DNA of 64,000 nt from Oscillospiraceae bacterium (GTDB lineage Bacteria; Bacillota; Clostridia; Oscillospirales; CAG-272): contig SVSP01000002.1 in assembly GCA_015064255.1 (NCBI GenBank), positions 127,462 to 191,461 on the forward strand, read 5' to 3'. The translations under genes and the position numbers were made by a program. Below are positions 44,939-54,841 of this stretch, in pieces. The notes under the pieces are model-generated. The model saw nothing but the letters and a program-made list of their open reading frames with translations, was not told the DNA's origin and searched no databases. Each line of letters starts with the position of its first letter. Positions within the stretch are counted from its first letter, which is position 1.

Positions 44939-46172
44939 CCTTGCCTTTTGTGAAGAAGACTTTTGATATTCTTATAAGCGTGAATATCATAATCACGGAA
45001 AATACCGAAGTTATGGCAAATCCGAGGCGGAGCGCTGCCTGATCGGGTGAAATATTAAGAATATCAGCGAAAAATTCGGTAATCGGAGTGCCTGTCAGCA
45101 TATCTGAAATAAGACCGTTTGCACTCGGACCGAGTGTACAGCCAATATCTCCCGCGAGTGAGAGAAGCGAAAATGCCGTTGTACCGCATACGAATGCCGA
45201 CGAAGCAAGATCAAGAGATGCGGGCCACATTATGCTTACGGCAAAGCCCGAAAGTGCGCACGCGGCAAGCGAAAGGAACGGAGAGGGAAGAAAAGCAATT
45301 GCAAGATAGCATACGCTTGATAAAACTGCGGAAACTGTGAGGATTTTTTGCAAATTTATCTTGTTTCCCATAATTCCCATAAGTGTTCGCCCAATTGCCA
45401 TAAAAAATGCGAACAGACAAGGTCCGAGCAGATTTCCGAGAAGCTTTGCCGAGCCGAGACCCTTTTCGGCAAAGTAAGATGCCCACTGCGCGACACCCTG
45501 CTCGGCTGCACCCGCACATATCATAACTACGATGAAGAGAAGGAAACCCCTGCCGAGCCTTTTGTGCTTTGGATTTTCATCGGCGCTTACAGTGTTTTCC
45601 GAAACATTTTCGGGAATGGGAAGAAAGAAAAAGAGGATCATAAGTGCGGTCGGAAGTACTGCCCAGCATATCGGAATAAATTTCCAAGCTCCGTTTGAGA
45701 TCGCGAGGAGCAGGGAGCTTATCAGAATTACGCCCATCTGACCCCAACAGTAAAACGAGTGTGCAAAAACGAAGCCGACTCCGTCTTTTTTCGGAAGGCG
45801 GTCGAATATCGGGTTTATAACGACCTCAAGAAGTGCGCTTCCTACCGAATAAAGTACGACCGAGACAATTATTCCGGAAAAAGGATCGATCATACCGGGA
45901 AGGAGTCCGAGAGATATAAGTCCTGCGGCAGAGGTCGCGTGCGAAAGAATTATAATAAAACGGAGATTGACTCTTTCGCCTAAGTAAGCGATAAAAGAGT
46001 CTATTGCTATCTGCAAAAAGAATGTAATAAATATTATTGCGGAAAGCTTTGTCGTGGAAATTTCGTAATCGTTTTGGAAAATAACGAAAAACAGAGGAAT
46101 AAGATTCAAATTAATTGCCTGCGTCACATAACTGAGATAGCAGGCAATTTCGGTATATTGAGTTTTTTTCAT
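44913..46172 (-). CDS. MFS transporter
   Basis: 419 aa with about 12 TM helices in a typical MFS arrangement. Confidence 0.7.
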   Translation of the reverse strand: MKKTQYTEIACYLSYVTQAINLNLIPLFFVIFQNDYEISTTKLSAIIFITFFLQIAIDSFIAYLGERVNLRFIIILSHATSAAGLISLGLLPGMIDPFSGIIVSVVLYSVGSALLEVVINPIFDRLPKKDGVGFVFAHSFYCWGQMGVILISSLLLAISNGAWKFIPICWAVLPTALMILFFFLPIPENVSENTVSADENPKHKRLGRGFLLFIVVMICAGAAEQGVAQWASYFAEKGLGSAKLLGNLLGPCLFAFFMAIGRTLMGIMGNKINLQKILTVSAVLSSVCYLAIAFLPSPFLSLAACALSGFAVSIMWPASLDLASSAFVCGTTAFSLLSLAGDIGCTLGPSANGLISDMLTGTPITEFFADILNISPDQAALRLGFAITSVFSVIMIFTLIRISKVFFTKGKATDLEGAK

Positions 46173-46190
46173 AGATACTATAAAACCGTC

Positions 46191-47231
46191 TTATTTTGCG
46201 AGTTCAACGAGCGAGGTTATGAGCTCTGTGAATGACATGCCCTCGTGCATCATAAGCTTGGGGTACATACTTATAGAGGTGAATCCGGGGAGTGTGTTGA
46301 TCTCGTTGAAGAATATCTCTTCGCTGTCGGTTACGAAGAAGTCAACGCGCGAAAGACCTCTGCAACCGAGAGTTTTGTAAATTTTTTCAGCATATGTACG
46401 GATCTTTTCAGAAGTTTCTGCCGAAAGTCTTGCGGGAATGTAGTAGGATGCGGTGTCGTTTTTGTATTTTGTGTCGTAATCGTAGAATTCAAATCCGGGA
46501 TCGATCTCTCCGCACGCAGATACCGTAAGATCATCGTTTCCGAGGACAGCGACCTCGATCTCACGGCCCTTGATGTATTCCTCTATAAGTGCTTTTCCGC
46601 CGTAAACGAGTGCGTTGTCAAGTGCTGTAGCAAGTTCTTCCTTCGAAGAAACCTTTGCACTTCCGACCGACGAGCCTGCTGATGTAGGCTTTACAAATAT
46701 CGGATATCCGACCTTTTCCGCCCATACGAAAGCGTCTTTGTAGCCGTTTTCCCTACTAAAATCGTTTACTACGATAGCTTTTGCCTGCGGAATGTTTATT
46801 TCGTTGAGAATTGATTTTGTTACGCTTTTGTCCATACAAACAGCGGATGCAAGGCTGCCCGGACCTACGAAGGGGATTCCGACAAGCTCGAAAAGCCCCT
46901 GAAGTCTGCCATCTTCGCAGTTTTCACCGTGAACGGCGGGGTACATAACGTCAACGGCTATCTTTCTTCCGTCTGCAAGAATGAGAGCTTTTTCTCCGAA
47001 AGCGGGCGAAAGGGTTGCTTTTGTAAGGTTTTCGCTGTCGTATATCCAGCTTCCGTCTTTTATTTTTGCGGGATCACCCTCGTAAACGTACCATTTTCCG
47101 TCCTTGGTGATTCCGAGAAGTACGGTTTCATATTTTGCAGTGTCTATTCCACTGAGAATTGCACTCGCGCTTCTGAGCGAAACCTCGTGTTCGGATGATT
47201 TTCCGCCGAAAATAAGGCATATTTTTTTCAT
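46191..47231 (-). CDS. ddl: D-alanine--D-alanine ligase
   Basis: 346 aa; GGKSSEHEVSL N-terminus and an ATP-grasp C-terminus (EINTLPGFT). Confidence 0.9.
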   Translation of the reverse strand: MKKICLIFGGKSSEHEVSLRSASAILSGIDTAKYETVLLGITKDGKWYVYEGDPAKIKDGSWIYDSENLTKATLSPAFGEKALILADGRKIAVDVMYPAVHGENCEDGRLQGLFELVGIPFVGPGSLASAVCMDKSVTKSILNEINIPQAKAIVVNDFSRENGYKDAFVWAEKVGYPIFVKPTSAGSSVGSAKVSSKEELATALDNALVYGGKALIEEYIKGREIEVAVLGNDDLTVSACGEIDPGFEFYDYDTKYKNDTASYYIPARLSAETSEKIRTYAEKIYKTLGCRGLSRVDFFVTDSEEIFFNEINTLPGFTSISMYPKLMMHEGMSFTELITSLVELAK

Positions 47232-47258
47232 TTATTATATTTCCTTTCCTGAGATGAT

Positions 47259-47987
47259 TTATTTGATTTTGAGGAGGGCGGCGCGGTCGTTTCCGCCGTA
47301 ATCCTTGGTTATTTTACATTCAAAGCCGCAGCTTTTTGCAAGATCTTCGATTTCAGAGGCTTGGTCGAAGCCGATTTCGAATATAAACGGTGCGCTCTCG
47401 GCAAGATTTTTTGAAAACTTTGACACGAAATGCCTGTAAAAGACAAGCCCGTCCTCGCCTCCGTCGAGCGCGATGTGCGGCTCGTATGAAAGGTCGGGAT
47501 AATCGGATATCACGTCGGTGCGTATATAAGGCGGATTTGAAACTATCGCGCCGAAAAGCCTTCCGCCGAGAGAGCTTTCTTTTAACAAATCGCAGCAGGT
47601 AAACTCTATTCTGTCCGAAACGCCGATGGCTTTCGCGTTTTCTTTTGCCGCTTCGAGCGCTTCTTCGGATATATCGTAGGCGACGGCACGAAGATCGGGA
47701 CGCTCGCCGAGGATAGAGAGTGCAATACAGCCGCTGCCCGTGCAAAGATCGGCAAAGACCGAATTTTTCGGTATCTCGCTGATAGCTTTTTCCACTATAA
47801 TTTCCGTGTCGGGACGGGGAATAAGACAGCTTTTGTTAAGCTTAAAGGTGTATCGCCAAAAATACCACTCGCCTATTATGTATGCGGCAGGCTCTCCCGA
47901 ATCAAGACGGCTGAGCGCTTCCGAGATCAGCTTTTCGCTGTTTTTTTCGTTTTTGTAAAAATCTTTTATAATATCTTTGTCATTCAT
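47259..47987 (-). CDS. prmC: Release factor glutamine N5-methyltransferase
   Basis: LIPRPDTE, DLCTGSGCIA SAM motif and NPPY motif (VSNPPYI). Short, at 242 aa. Confidence 0.8.
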   Translation of the reverse strand: MNDKDIIKDFYKNEKNSEKLISEALSRLDSGEPAAYIIGEWYFWRYTFKLNKSCLIPRPDTEIIVEKAISEIPKNSVFADLCTGSGCIALSILGERPDLRAVAYDISEEALEAAKENAKAIGVSDRIEFTCCDLLKESSLGGRLFGAIVSNPPYIRTDVISDYPDLSYEPHIALDGGEDGLVFYRHFVSKFSKNLAESAPFIFEIGFDQASEIEDLAKSCGFECKITKDYGGNDRAALLKIK

Positions 47988-48541
47988 ATCTCGTTTACTT
48001 TGTCGGTGGCAAGATTTATTATACCGAGTCCCGAAGACTTTGCATAGTTCATAGTATAATATGATCCGCCGCTGTTTTGTGTTACGTAACAGATGCAGTA
48101 CGCGCTGTTATCTACCATATATCTGTTTCTTTTGAACATACAGTCGGATGTGTATTTTTCGCTTATAAGCACCACTTCGTCCGCGGATTTAAGGATGCTG
48201 TTGTACATAGTTTTGTTTGCAAAAGACCATTGACTGCTTTGCGTAGGGCAGGGCACGGCGACCGTGAGCGTGATATCTGCCTCTTTTCCGTTACCGTCTG
48301 TAAGCCTGTCGTTGTCGCGCATATTTATTACCGTTGCGGCGGCAACCGTGTCAAATCCGAGCGCACCACCGGTGATAAAGTGGCGCACCCCCTTTTTAAC
48401 AAGTGCCCGTACGGTAACACGAATGTCTGCGGAAGCTTTGTTTTTTTCTTCGTACGACATTGTTCTGTGACCTGTGAAGCAACAGGTTGCAGATCTTGGA
48501 TTGTCTGTTTCTTTCTCAAACGTATCGGTCATCTTTAACAC
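47984..48541 (-). CDS. DUF1273/SLOG-family protein
   Basis: 185 aa; CCFTGHR and ITGGALGFD motifs resemble the DUF1273 (YpsA-like) family. 4-nt overlap with prmC. Confidence 0.5.
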   Translation of the reverse strand: MLKMTDTFEKETDNPRSATCCFTGHRTMSYEEKNKASADIRVTVRALVKKGVRHFITGGALGFDTVAAATVINMRDNDRLTDGNGKEADITLTVAVPCPTQSSQWSFANKTMYNSILKSADEVVLISEKYTSDCMFKRNRYMVDNSAYCICYVTQNSGGSYYTMNYAKSSGLGIINLATDKVNEI

Positions 48542-48657
48542 CCAAATCCAAACAAGCTATACTTGCGGCGGAAAATCAATAATGTATTTTAATAAAAATC
48601 AATTTTACAAACTCTATCTACTTATTATATCAAATACTTTTCGTTTATGCAAGAGGC

Positions 48658-48686
48658 TTGACAAATATATTATCTTGTGATATTAT
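48658..48686 (+). promoter_or_regulatory. Promoter of recG
   Basis: TTGACA at 48658-48663, 17-nt spacer, TATTAT at 48681-48686. AGGAGG RBS before the ATG at 48745. Confidence 0.55.
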
Positions 48687-48744
48687 TTTTTTACGGTTTA
48701 ATGCTGTTTTGATATCGTTTTGATAAAAGGAAGGAGGAAAATAT

Positions 48745-50829
48745 ATGTCCGATAAGATAAAAAACAAAACTGTCACTATGACTTCGCCTATCACGGTGCT
48801 TGCGGGCGTGGGTGAAAAAAGAGCAGAGCTTTTCGCAAATCTCGGAGTTTTCACCGTAAGCGATCTTCTCAGATATTTTCCGAGAGCCTATCAGAACAGA
48901 GGAGATATAAAAACGCTCTGCGAGGCGGCTTTGTCGGGTGAAACCTCTTCGATGATACTGACGGTTGGGTGTGAGCCGAAATCTGTTACCGTAAAGCGCG
49001 GAATGAACCTCACAAAATTCACGGCTTTTGACGAAAGCGGCAAATGTCAGATCACTTTCTTTAACCAGCCGTACGTGAAACAGCTTTTCCACGAGGGCGA
49101 GATATACCGTTTTTACGGAAAGGTTATGCGCAGTAAAAATCTTTGGACGATGGCATCTCCGGATTTTGAGCCTACCGTTATAGCGCGCTCGCTCCCCGAT
49201 TTTTATGCAGTTTACAGTCTTACTGCGGGACTTTCTCAAAAGATCATAAGAAATACGGTATCTCTTGCGCTTGCAAGCGTGGTTATAGACGACGAGCCGA
49301 TTCCTGAATATATAAGGAGGGAGAACTCGCTTATCAGCTTTGCCGAAGCGGTAAATATTATACACAATCCGCAAAATCTCAAAAGGCTCGACGATGCAAG
49401 ACGGTATTTCGTGTTCGAGGAGCTTTTCGCGTTTGCGCTTAAGATAACAAAGGACGCAAAAGAACGCGAAGGAATTCCGGGAATACCGCTTAATATCAGC
49501 GATGCGGACAAACGTGATTTCGTAAAAGCACTTCCGTTTACTCTTACAGAGGCGCAGGCAAGGGTAATAAGAGAAATATACGCCGATATGTCATCGGGCA
49601 GAGCTATGAGCAGGCTTGTTTCGGGTGACGTTGGCAGCGGTAAGACGGTCTGCGCGGCGGCTTCCCTTTACCTCGCGGCAAAAACGGGACATCAAGGTGC
49701 GCTTATGGCACCCACCGAAATTCTTGCCGTACAGCATTTTCACGATCTTTCGGAGCTTTTTAAGAATCTCGAAGTAAAATGTACTCTCCTTGTCGGAAGT
49801 ATGAAAAGATCCGATAAAATCAAAGCACTTTCCGAAATTGCCTCGGGTGAAAGCGATATTGTCATCGGAACTCACGCGCTTCTTTCCGAAAACGTTAAAT
49901 TTGCCGATCTCGTGCTTGCAGTTACAGATGAACAGCACCGTTTCGGCGTAAATCAGAGAGACGCACTTGCATCAAAAGGCAAAAATATGCACGTTCTCGT
50001 GATGAGCGCGACTCCTATCCCGCGTACGCTTGCGATGTCTATGTACGGTGATCTTGATCATTCTGCTGTCGATATGCTTCCGCCGGGTAGACAAAAGGTA
50101 TCTACCTTCCTTGTGGATGAGGGCTACAGAGAAAGACTTAACGGCTTTGTTTATAAGCAGGCACTCGAAGGACATCAGGTTTATATAGTTTGCCCGTCAA
50201 TAGAAGGCAGTGCTTACGATATCAGGGACGACGAAACAGACACAAGCGGACTTGTTGACTTCTTCGGAAACAAGATAGAAATATCGTCTTCGCGTCTGAA
50301 AAACGCCGTTGAGTATGCAGAGAAGCTTTCCGCAAAGTTTCCCGATATAAACGTCGGATGTCTTCACGGAAAGCTGCCGGCGAGTGAAAAGGAAGCCGTT
50401 ATGGCAGACTTCGTTTCGGGTAAAATAAACGTGCTTGTTTCGACGACCGTAATAGAGGTCGGCGTGAACGTGCCGAACGCGACTCTTATGGTCATAGAAA
50501 ATGCCGAAAGATTCGGACTTTCTCAGCTTCATCAGCTGAGAGGTCGTGTCGGAAGAGGCAAAGATAAATCCTGGTGCATACTCGTGGGCGATAATATCGG
50601 TGAACACTCGAAAAAGCGGCTTGATTCGTTTTGCGCAACTACCGACGGATATCGCATAGCAGAAGCAGATCTTGCTATACGCGGTCCGGGAGATTTTCTT
50701 TCATCGTCGGGCAGAGATCTACGTCAGCACGGCGCGCTTGAATTCAGAATGGCTGATCTTTGTGATGATATGGATCTGCTTTATAGGGCGTTCGATGCGG
50801 CGCGGCACGAGCTTGAAAAAGAAAAGTAA
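48745..50829 (+). CDS. recG: ATP-dependent DNA helicase RecG
   Basis: 694 aa with a wedge domain and SF2 helicase motifs (GDVGSGKT, DEQHRFG, SATPIPRT, QLRGRVGRG). Confidence 0.95.
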   Translation: MSDKIKNKTVTMTSPITVLAGVGEKRAELFANLGVFTVSDLLRYFPRAYQNRGDIKTLCEAALSGETSSMILTVGCEPKSVTVKRGMNLTKFTAFDESGKCQITFFNQPYVKQLFHEGEIYRFYGKVMRSKNLWTMASPDFEPTVIARSLPDFYAVYSLTAGLSQKIIRNTVSLALASVVIDDEPIPEYIRRENSLISFAEAVNIIHNPQNLKRLDDARRYFVFEELFAFALKITKDAKEREGIPGIPLNISDADKRDFVKALPFTLTEAQARVIREIYADMSSGRAMSRLVSGDVGSGKTVCAAASLYLAAKTGHQGALMAPTEILAVQHFHDLSELFKNLEVKCTLLVGSMKRSDKIKALSEIASGESDIVIGTHALLSENVKFADLVLAVTDEQHRFGVNQRDALASKGKNMHVLVMSATPIPRTLAMSMYGDLDHSAVDMLPPGRQKVSTFLVDEGYRERLNGFVYKQALEGHQVYIVCPSIEGSAYDIRDDETDTSGLVDFFGNKIEISSSRLKNAVEYAEKLSAKFPDINVGCLHGKLPASEKEAVMADFVSGKINVLVSTTVIEVGVNVPNATLMVIENAERFGLSQLHQLRGRVGRGKDKSWCILVGDNIGEHSKKRLDSFCATTDGYRIAEADLAIRGPGDFLSSSGRDLRQHGALEFRMADLCDDMDLLYRAFDAARHELEKEK

Positions 50830-50938
50830 TTTTTCGTTTTGCATAAAAAGCGCTCTTGCTTTTTGTGCAAAATAGAGATAGAATGTTTGCATCTTGTGTG
50901 ATATACTGAAATAAACTTAACAGAACCTAAAGAAAGGA

Positions 50939-51730
50939 ATGGACATAATTATGAGAATAGGACGAATAAATAAGTATTCGCAGGAAAATTTTGACCGTAC
51001 AAAGGAAAGCGGACTCAGCTTTATTGAGATCTGCTGCAATAATGCTGAGGAGGCAGAGCAGTTTATAAACGCTAAAGACGAGGTAAAAAAGCAGGTACTC
51101 CGTACGGGAATCGATATTTCGAGTGTTGGCAGATGGAATCACGATCTTAACGAAAACGGAAAGGTCAACGAAGAAAAAGCGGCGCAGTATTTCGCGCTTA
51201 TGGACGTAGCTGTCGAGCTTGGCGCAAAGACATTTGTCTGCGGAATCAACAGAGATAACAGCATCAGTCTGTACAGAAACTATATAAACGCAGTGGAATT
51301 CTTCGGAAAGCTTATTGAACACGCGGACGGAAGAATAAAGGTTGCCATTCAGAACTGCAACTGGAATAACTTCGTTGTATCTCCCGAAGAATGGAAGGTG
51401 GTTTTGGGTGAATTGCCCGATCTTTATATAAAGTACGATCCGTCGCACGCATATAACAGAAACGCAGACTATCTTGCAGAACTTTCGGATTGGGGCGACC
51501 GTATTGCACACTTTCACGTCAAGGGAACAACGCACGCGGGAAGCCGCGGAGTTGATGATCCGCCTGCAGGAATGGACGATATTAAGTGGGGCTCGGTATT
51601 TGCTATACTGTATGCAAGAAAATATAACGGTGACCTCAGTATAGAGCCGCATTCGGGTACTTGGCTTGGCGAACTCGGTAATTTCGGTGTTGAGTTCACA
51701 CGCGATTATATTAAAAAGTTCGTTTTTTGA
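50939..51730 (+). CDS. Sugar phosphate isomerase/epimerase family TIM-barrel protein
   Basis: 263 aa; third paralog-like TIM-barrel protein in the window (HFHVKG, SIEPH). Confidence 0.55.
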   Translation: MDIIMRIGRINKYSQENFDRTKESGLSFIEICCNNAEEAEQFINAKDEVKKQVLRTGIDISSVGRWNHDLNENGKVNEEKAAQYFALMDVAVELGAKTFVCGINRDNSISLYRNYINAVEFFGKLIEHADGRIKVAIQNCNWNNFVVSPEEWKVVLGELPDLYIKYDPSHAYNRNADYLAELSDWGDRIAHFHVKGTTHAGSRGVDDPPAGMDDIKWGSVFAILYARKYNGDLSIEPHSGTWLGELGNFGVEFTRDYIKKFVF

Positions 51731-51759
51731 TTTAAACTGAATAATTTCTGACAAAAATA

Positions 51760-51795
51760 AAGCGTATCGGTTACCCCGATACGCTTGTTTTATCA
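51760..51795. terminator. Bidirectional terminator hairpin
   Basis: aagcgtatcgg-ttacc-ccgatacgctt followed by gttttat. Lies between convergent genes. Confidence 0.6.
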
Positions 51796-52581
51796 TTTTA
51801 CGGTAAATTCGCCTTCCTCGTATTCGCTTGCCGAATAGGGAGCGTCGAGTGCGAAATAGTTTCCGGGATTTACAACCTCGTATGCGAACGATATTGTTTC
51901 TGTTGTTTCCACGCCCGAAACTGTACCCGTCGTTGTAAAGAGTGCCGTGCAAGTTGATATAAATCCGTCGTTTGTGGATTTGACAGCTACGTCCAAATCA
52001 CCGTAAGTGTAATTTCCGCCATCGTATTTGACTTCGCTGTAAAGATTTATTATTTGGTCGAGCTGCTCTTTAAGGTCGTCGGTTATGTTTTTGGAAGAAA
52101 CGGTCAGCTCAAAGCTGCTTACCTTCTTCTTGGTTTCGACTTTGACATCGGTAAGAAGCTCGGAAGGAAGCTTCAGTATAAGGGTTTCGGCGTTATTGTT
52201 GCCTTCCCAAAGCTTTTCTGCGGAAAGCTCGTGCTTCATTTTTACGTCGCCTGCCGACTGATAGAGGATACCGTCCTTGTAATAATGCTGAAGAGTTACA
52301 CGCGCCATTTTATCTTCTATCATAAAACGTAAGGCAGAGGTTGAAAGGTAGGTTATTTTTCCGTCTTGATTTATGATTTTGATTTCGGAGTCGGTGGGGA
52401 TAGTCAAAGTGCTGTTTTCAGAGGTGACTGTCGATTTTACCGAGAGATTGAATTTGATGTACTCAAGCGCAAGTGTGTTTTTGGCGATTTCGGAGTATAA
52501 ACTGTCTGCGCCCACTTTTTTGCAGGAAACAAGTCCCGGGAGCATAAGAAGAATGAGAAATATAATAAGTATCTTTTTCAT
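51793..52581 (-). CDS. Hypothetical lipoprotein
   Basis: ORF 51793..52602; start set at MKKILIIFLILLMLPGLVSC (lipobox LVSC). Confidence 0.45.
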   Translation of the reverse strand: MKKILIIFLILLMLPGLVSCKKVGADSLYSEIAKNTLALEYIKFNLSVKSTVTSENSTLTIPTDSEIKIINQDGKITYLSTSALRFMIEDKMARVTLQHYYKDGILYQSAGDVKMKHELSAEKLWEGNNNAETLILKLPSELLTDVKVETKKKVSSFELTVSSKNITDDLKEQLDQIINLYSEVKYDGGNYTYGDLDVAVKSTNDGFISTCTALFTTTGTVSGVETTETISFAYEVVNPGNYFALDAPYSASEYEEGEFTVK

Positions 52582-52814
52582 ATGAAAAAAAGTTCCTTTC
52601 AAACGAGGGTGTTTTATATAGATTTGACACTATATTACCACTTTGCGTGTCAAAAGTCAACAGAAAAACCGCATCTGAATAAGATTTAACATTTAGATAA
52701 TACGTCAAATATGTATAAGATGTTACAAAATCACCTATATTTTTTTGTTTTCGGGTGATTTGCTGTATAAATTGCCGTTTTTTTATATAAAAACTCGTAA
52801 TTTTCAAAAATATC

Positions 52815-52843
52815 TTGATTTTTTAGATGTTTTCCTGTATAAT
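52815..52843 (+). promoter_or_regulatory. Promoter of xpt
   Basis: TTGATT at 52815-52820, 17-nt spacer, TATAAT at 52838-52843, only about 25 nt before the start codon. Confidence 0.5.
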
Positions 52844-52866
52844 AACTATATATTTTTGAAAGATGG

Positions 52867-53448
52867 GTGACTTTTTTGGAACTTCTCGAAAAAAGAATTC
52901 TTGCCGACGGAAAAACAGCCGCGGGTGATATTCTTAAGGTTGATAATTTTGTAAATCATCTGATAGACGTTGAATTTATAAATGAATGCGGCAAAGAGTT
53001 TTACCGTCTTTTCGGCGACTGTAACGTTACTAAAATACTTACTATCGAAGCATCGGGTATCGGTATCGCCTGTGTTACCGCACTTAGCTTCGGTGTGCCT
53101 GTCCTTTTTGCGAAAAAAGCCAAATCGGCTAACGTTACCGGTCGTGTTTATTCTTCAAACGTACATTCCTATACACACGGCACGGATAATAACGTTTTCG
53201 TTTCACAGGATTATCTTCTTCCTACCGACAGAGTTCTTATAATAGACGATTTTCTTGCAAAGGGAAGCGCACTTGAAGGACTTATTGATATTGTCAGTCA
53301 GTCGGGCGCTGCTCTCGTCGGCGCGGGTATCCTTATCGAAAAGGAATATCAGGGAGGCGGAAATATAATCAGAGAGCGCGGCATCAGAGTCGAATCTCTT
53401 GCCAAGATCGCTTCTCTCGACGAAAACGGAATCACTTTTTGCAGATGA
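52867..53448 (+). CDS. xpt: Xanthine phosphoribosyltransferase
   Basis: 193 aa; LLEKRILADG...LKVDNFVNH N-terminus and the PRPP motif VLIIDDFLAKGSA. GTG start in the ORF track. Confidence 0.85.
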   Translation: MTFLELLEKRILADGKTAAGDILKVDNFVNHLIDVEFINECGKEFYRLFGDCNVTKILTIEASGIGIACVTALSFGVPVLFAKKAKSANVTGRVYSSNVHSYTHGTDNNVFVSQDYLLPTDRVLIIDDFLAKGSALEGLIDIVSQSGAALVGAGILIEKEYQGGGNIIRERGIRVESLAKIASLDENGITFCR

Positions 53449-53531
53449 TTTCTGTGAAAAGCCAAACTAATTGAAATTAACGGAAAATTTCCGCTGATTT
53501 AATAAAAAATATTTTTTGGAGGAACAGAAAA

Positions 53532-54737
53532 ATGTTCAAGAAAGCTTTGTCTCTTGTTCTCGCAGCAGTTATGGTCCTTTCTCTCGGACTTGTTTTCACA
53601 TCCTGCTCTGACAGCAAAGACGATTTTAAACTCGGTGTAATTCTTCTCCACGACGAATTCTCCACCTACGACCTCAACTTTATGAACGGTATCAATGCCG
53701 CTGCTGAAGCTCTCGGTCTCGACGAAACACAGGTTATCTACAAGAAGGGTATTCCCGAATCCAACGCTTGCTACGAAGCAGCTTGCGACCTCGTTGACGA
53801 AGGATGCGACGTTATCTTCGCTGACTCTTTCGGCCACGAAACCTACCTCATCAAGGCAGCCAAGGAATTCAAGGACGTTCAGTTCTGCCACGCTACAGGT
53901 ACAATGGCTCACACAGAAGGTCTTGACAACTACCACAACGCTTTCGCTTCTATCTACGAAGGTAGATTCCTTGCAGGTGTTGCTGCAGGTATGAAGCTCA
54001 ACGAGCTCATCGCTAACGGAACTATTCCCGAAGGCACAACTCCTAAGATGGGTTATGTTGGTGCGTTCACATACGCAGAAGTTATCTCCGGTTACACATC
54101 TTTCTACCTCGGCGCAAAGTCTGTTTGCCCCGACGTAATTATGGACGTTCAGTTCACAGGCTCTTGGTATGACGAAACTGCTGAAAAGAACACAGCTCTC
54201 GCTCTTATCAACAGCGGATGCCACCTCATCAGCCAGCACGCTGACTCTATGGGTGCTCCCACAGTTTGCGAAGAAAAGGGTATTCCCAACGTTTCCTACA
54301 ACGGAAGCACAGTTTCCACATGCCCCAACACATTCATCGTTTCTTCCAGAATTGACTGGGCTCCTTATATCAAGTATATCTGCGAGCAGACAATGAACGG
54401 CGAAAAGATCGACGTTGACTGGACAGGTACTATCAGCACAGGCTCTGTTGTACTCACAGACGTTAACACAAAGGCAGCAGCTCCCGGAACAGTTGAAAAG
54501 ATCGCTGACGTTAAGGCTAAGCTTCTCGACGGTACTCTCCACGTATTCGACACAGACACATTCACAGTAGGCGGCGCTAAGCTCGACTCCTACAAGGCTG
54601 ACGTTGATACAGATAAGGACTACACACCTGATACAGAAGTTATTAAGGACGGCTACTTCCACGAATCCGAATTCCGTAGCGCTCCTTACTTCGATCTCAG
54701 AATCGACGGAATTAAACTCGTAAACGAAGAGTACTAA
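53532..54737 (+). CDS. BMP-family ABC transporter substrate-binding lipoprotein (nucleoside-type)
   Basis: Lipobox VFTSC; 401 aa with a Bmp/PnrA-like pattern. Followed by its own ATPase and two permease genes. Confidence 0.75.
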   Translation: MFKKALSLVLAAVMVLSLGLVFTSCSDSKDDFKLGVILLHDEFSTYDLNFMNGINAAAEALGLDETQVIYKKGIPESNACYEAACDLVDEGCDVIFADSFGHETYLIKAAKEFKDVQFCHATGTMAHTEGLDNYHNAFASIYEGRFLAGVAAGMKLNELIANGTIPEGTTPKMGYVGAFTYAEVISGYTSFYLGAKSVCPDVIMDVQFTGSWYDETAEKNTALALINSGCHLISQHADSMGAPTVCEEKGIPNVSYNGSTVSTCPNTFIVSSRIDWAPYIKYICEQTMNGEKIDVDWTGTISTGSVVLTDVNTKAAAPGTVEKIADVKAKLLDGTLHVFDTDTFTVGGAKLDSYKADVDTDKDYTPDTEVIKDGYFHESEFRSAPYFDLRIDGIKLVNEEY

Positions 54738-54762
54738 TATAGTTAAATTTTAAATTCTACGC

Positions 54763-54791
54763 TTTTGGGCGGAGCATCGCTCCGCCCAAAA
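54763..54791 (+). terminator. Intra-operon GC-rich hairpin after the binding-protein gene
   Basis: ttttgggcggagc-atc-gctccgcccaaaa. No strong T-run, so it is more likely an attenuating or stabilising hairpin than a full terminator. Confidence 0.5.
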
Positions 54792-54841
54792 TGCACTTTT
54801 CGGGATAAAAGACCCGAATATTAAAAATCGGAGGAAACACG

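Noticed and set aside
52603-52866. Guanine/purine riboswitch upstream of xpt.
   Set aside because: No sequence resembling the conserved aptamer core was found by eye, and the promoter is too close to the start codon. A cmscan is still needed to be certain.
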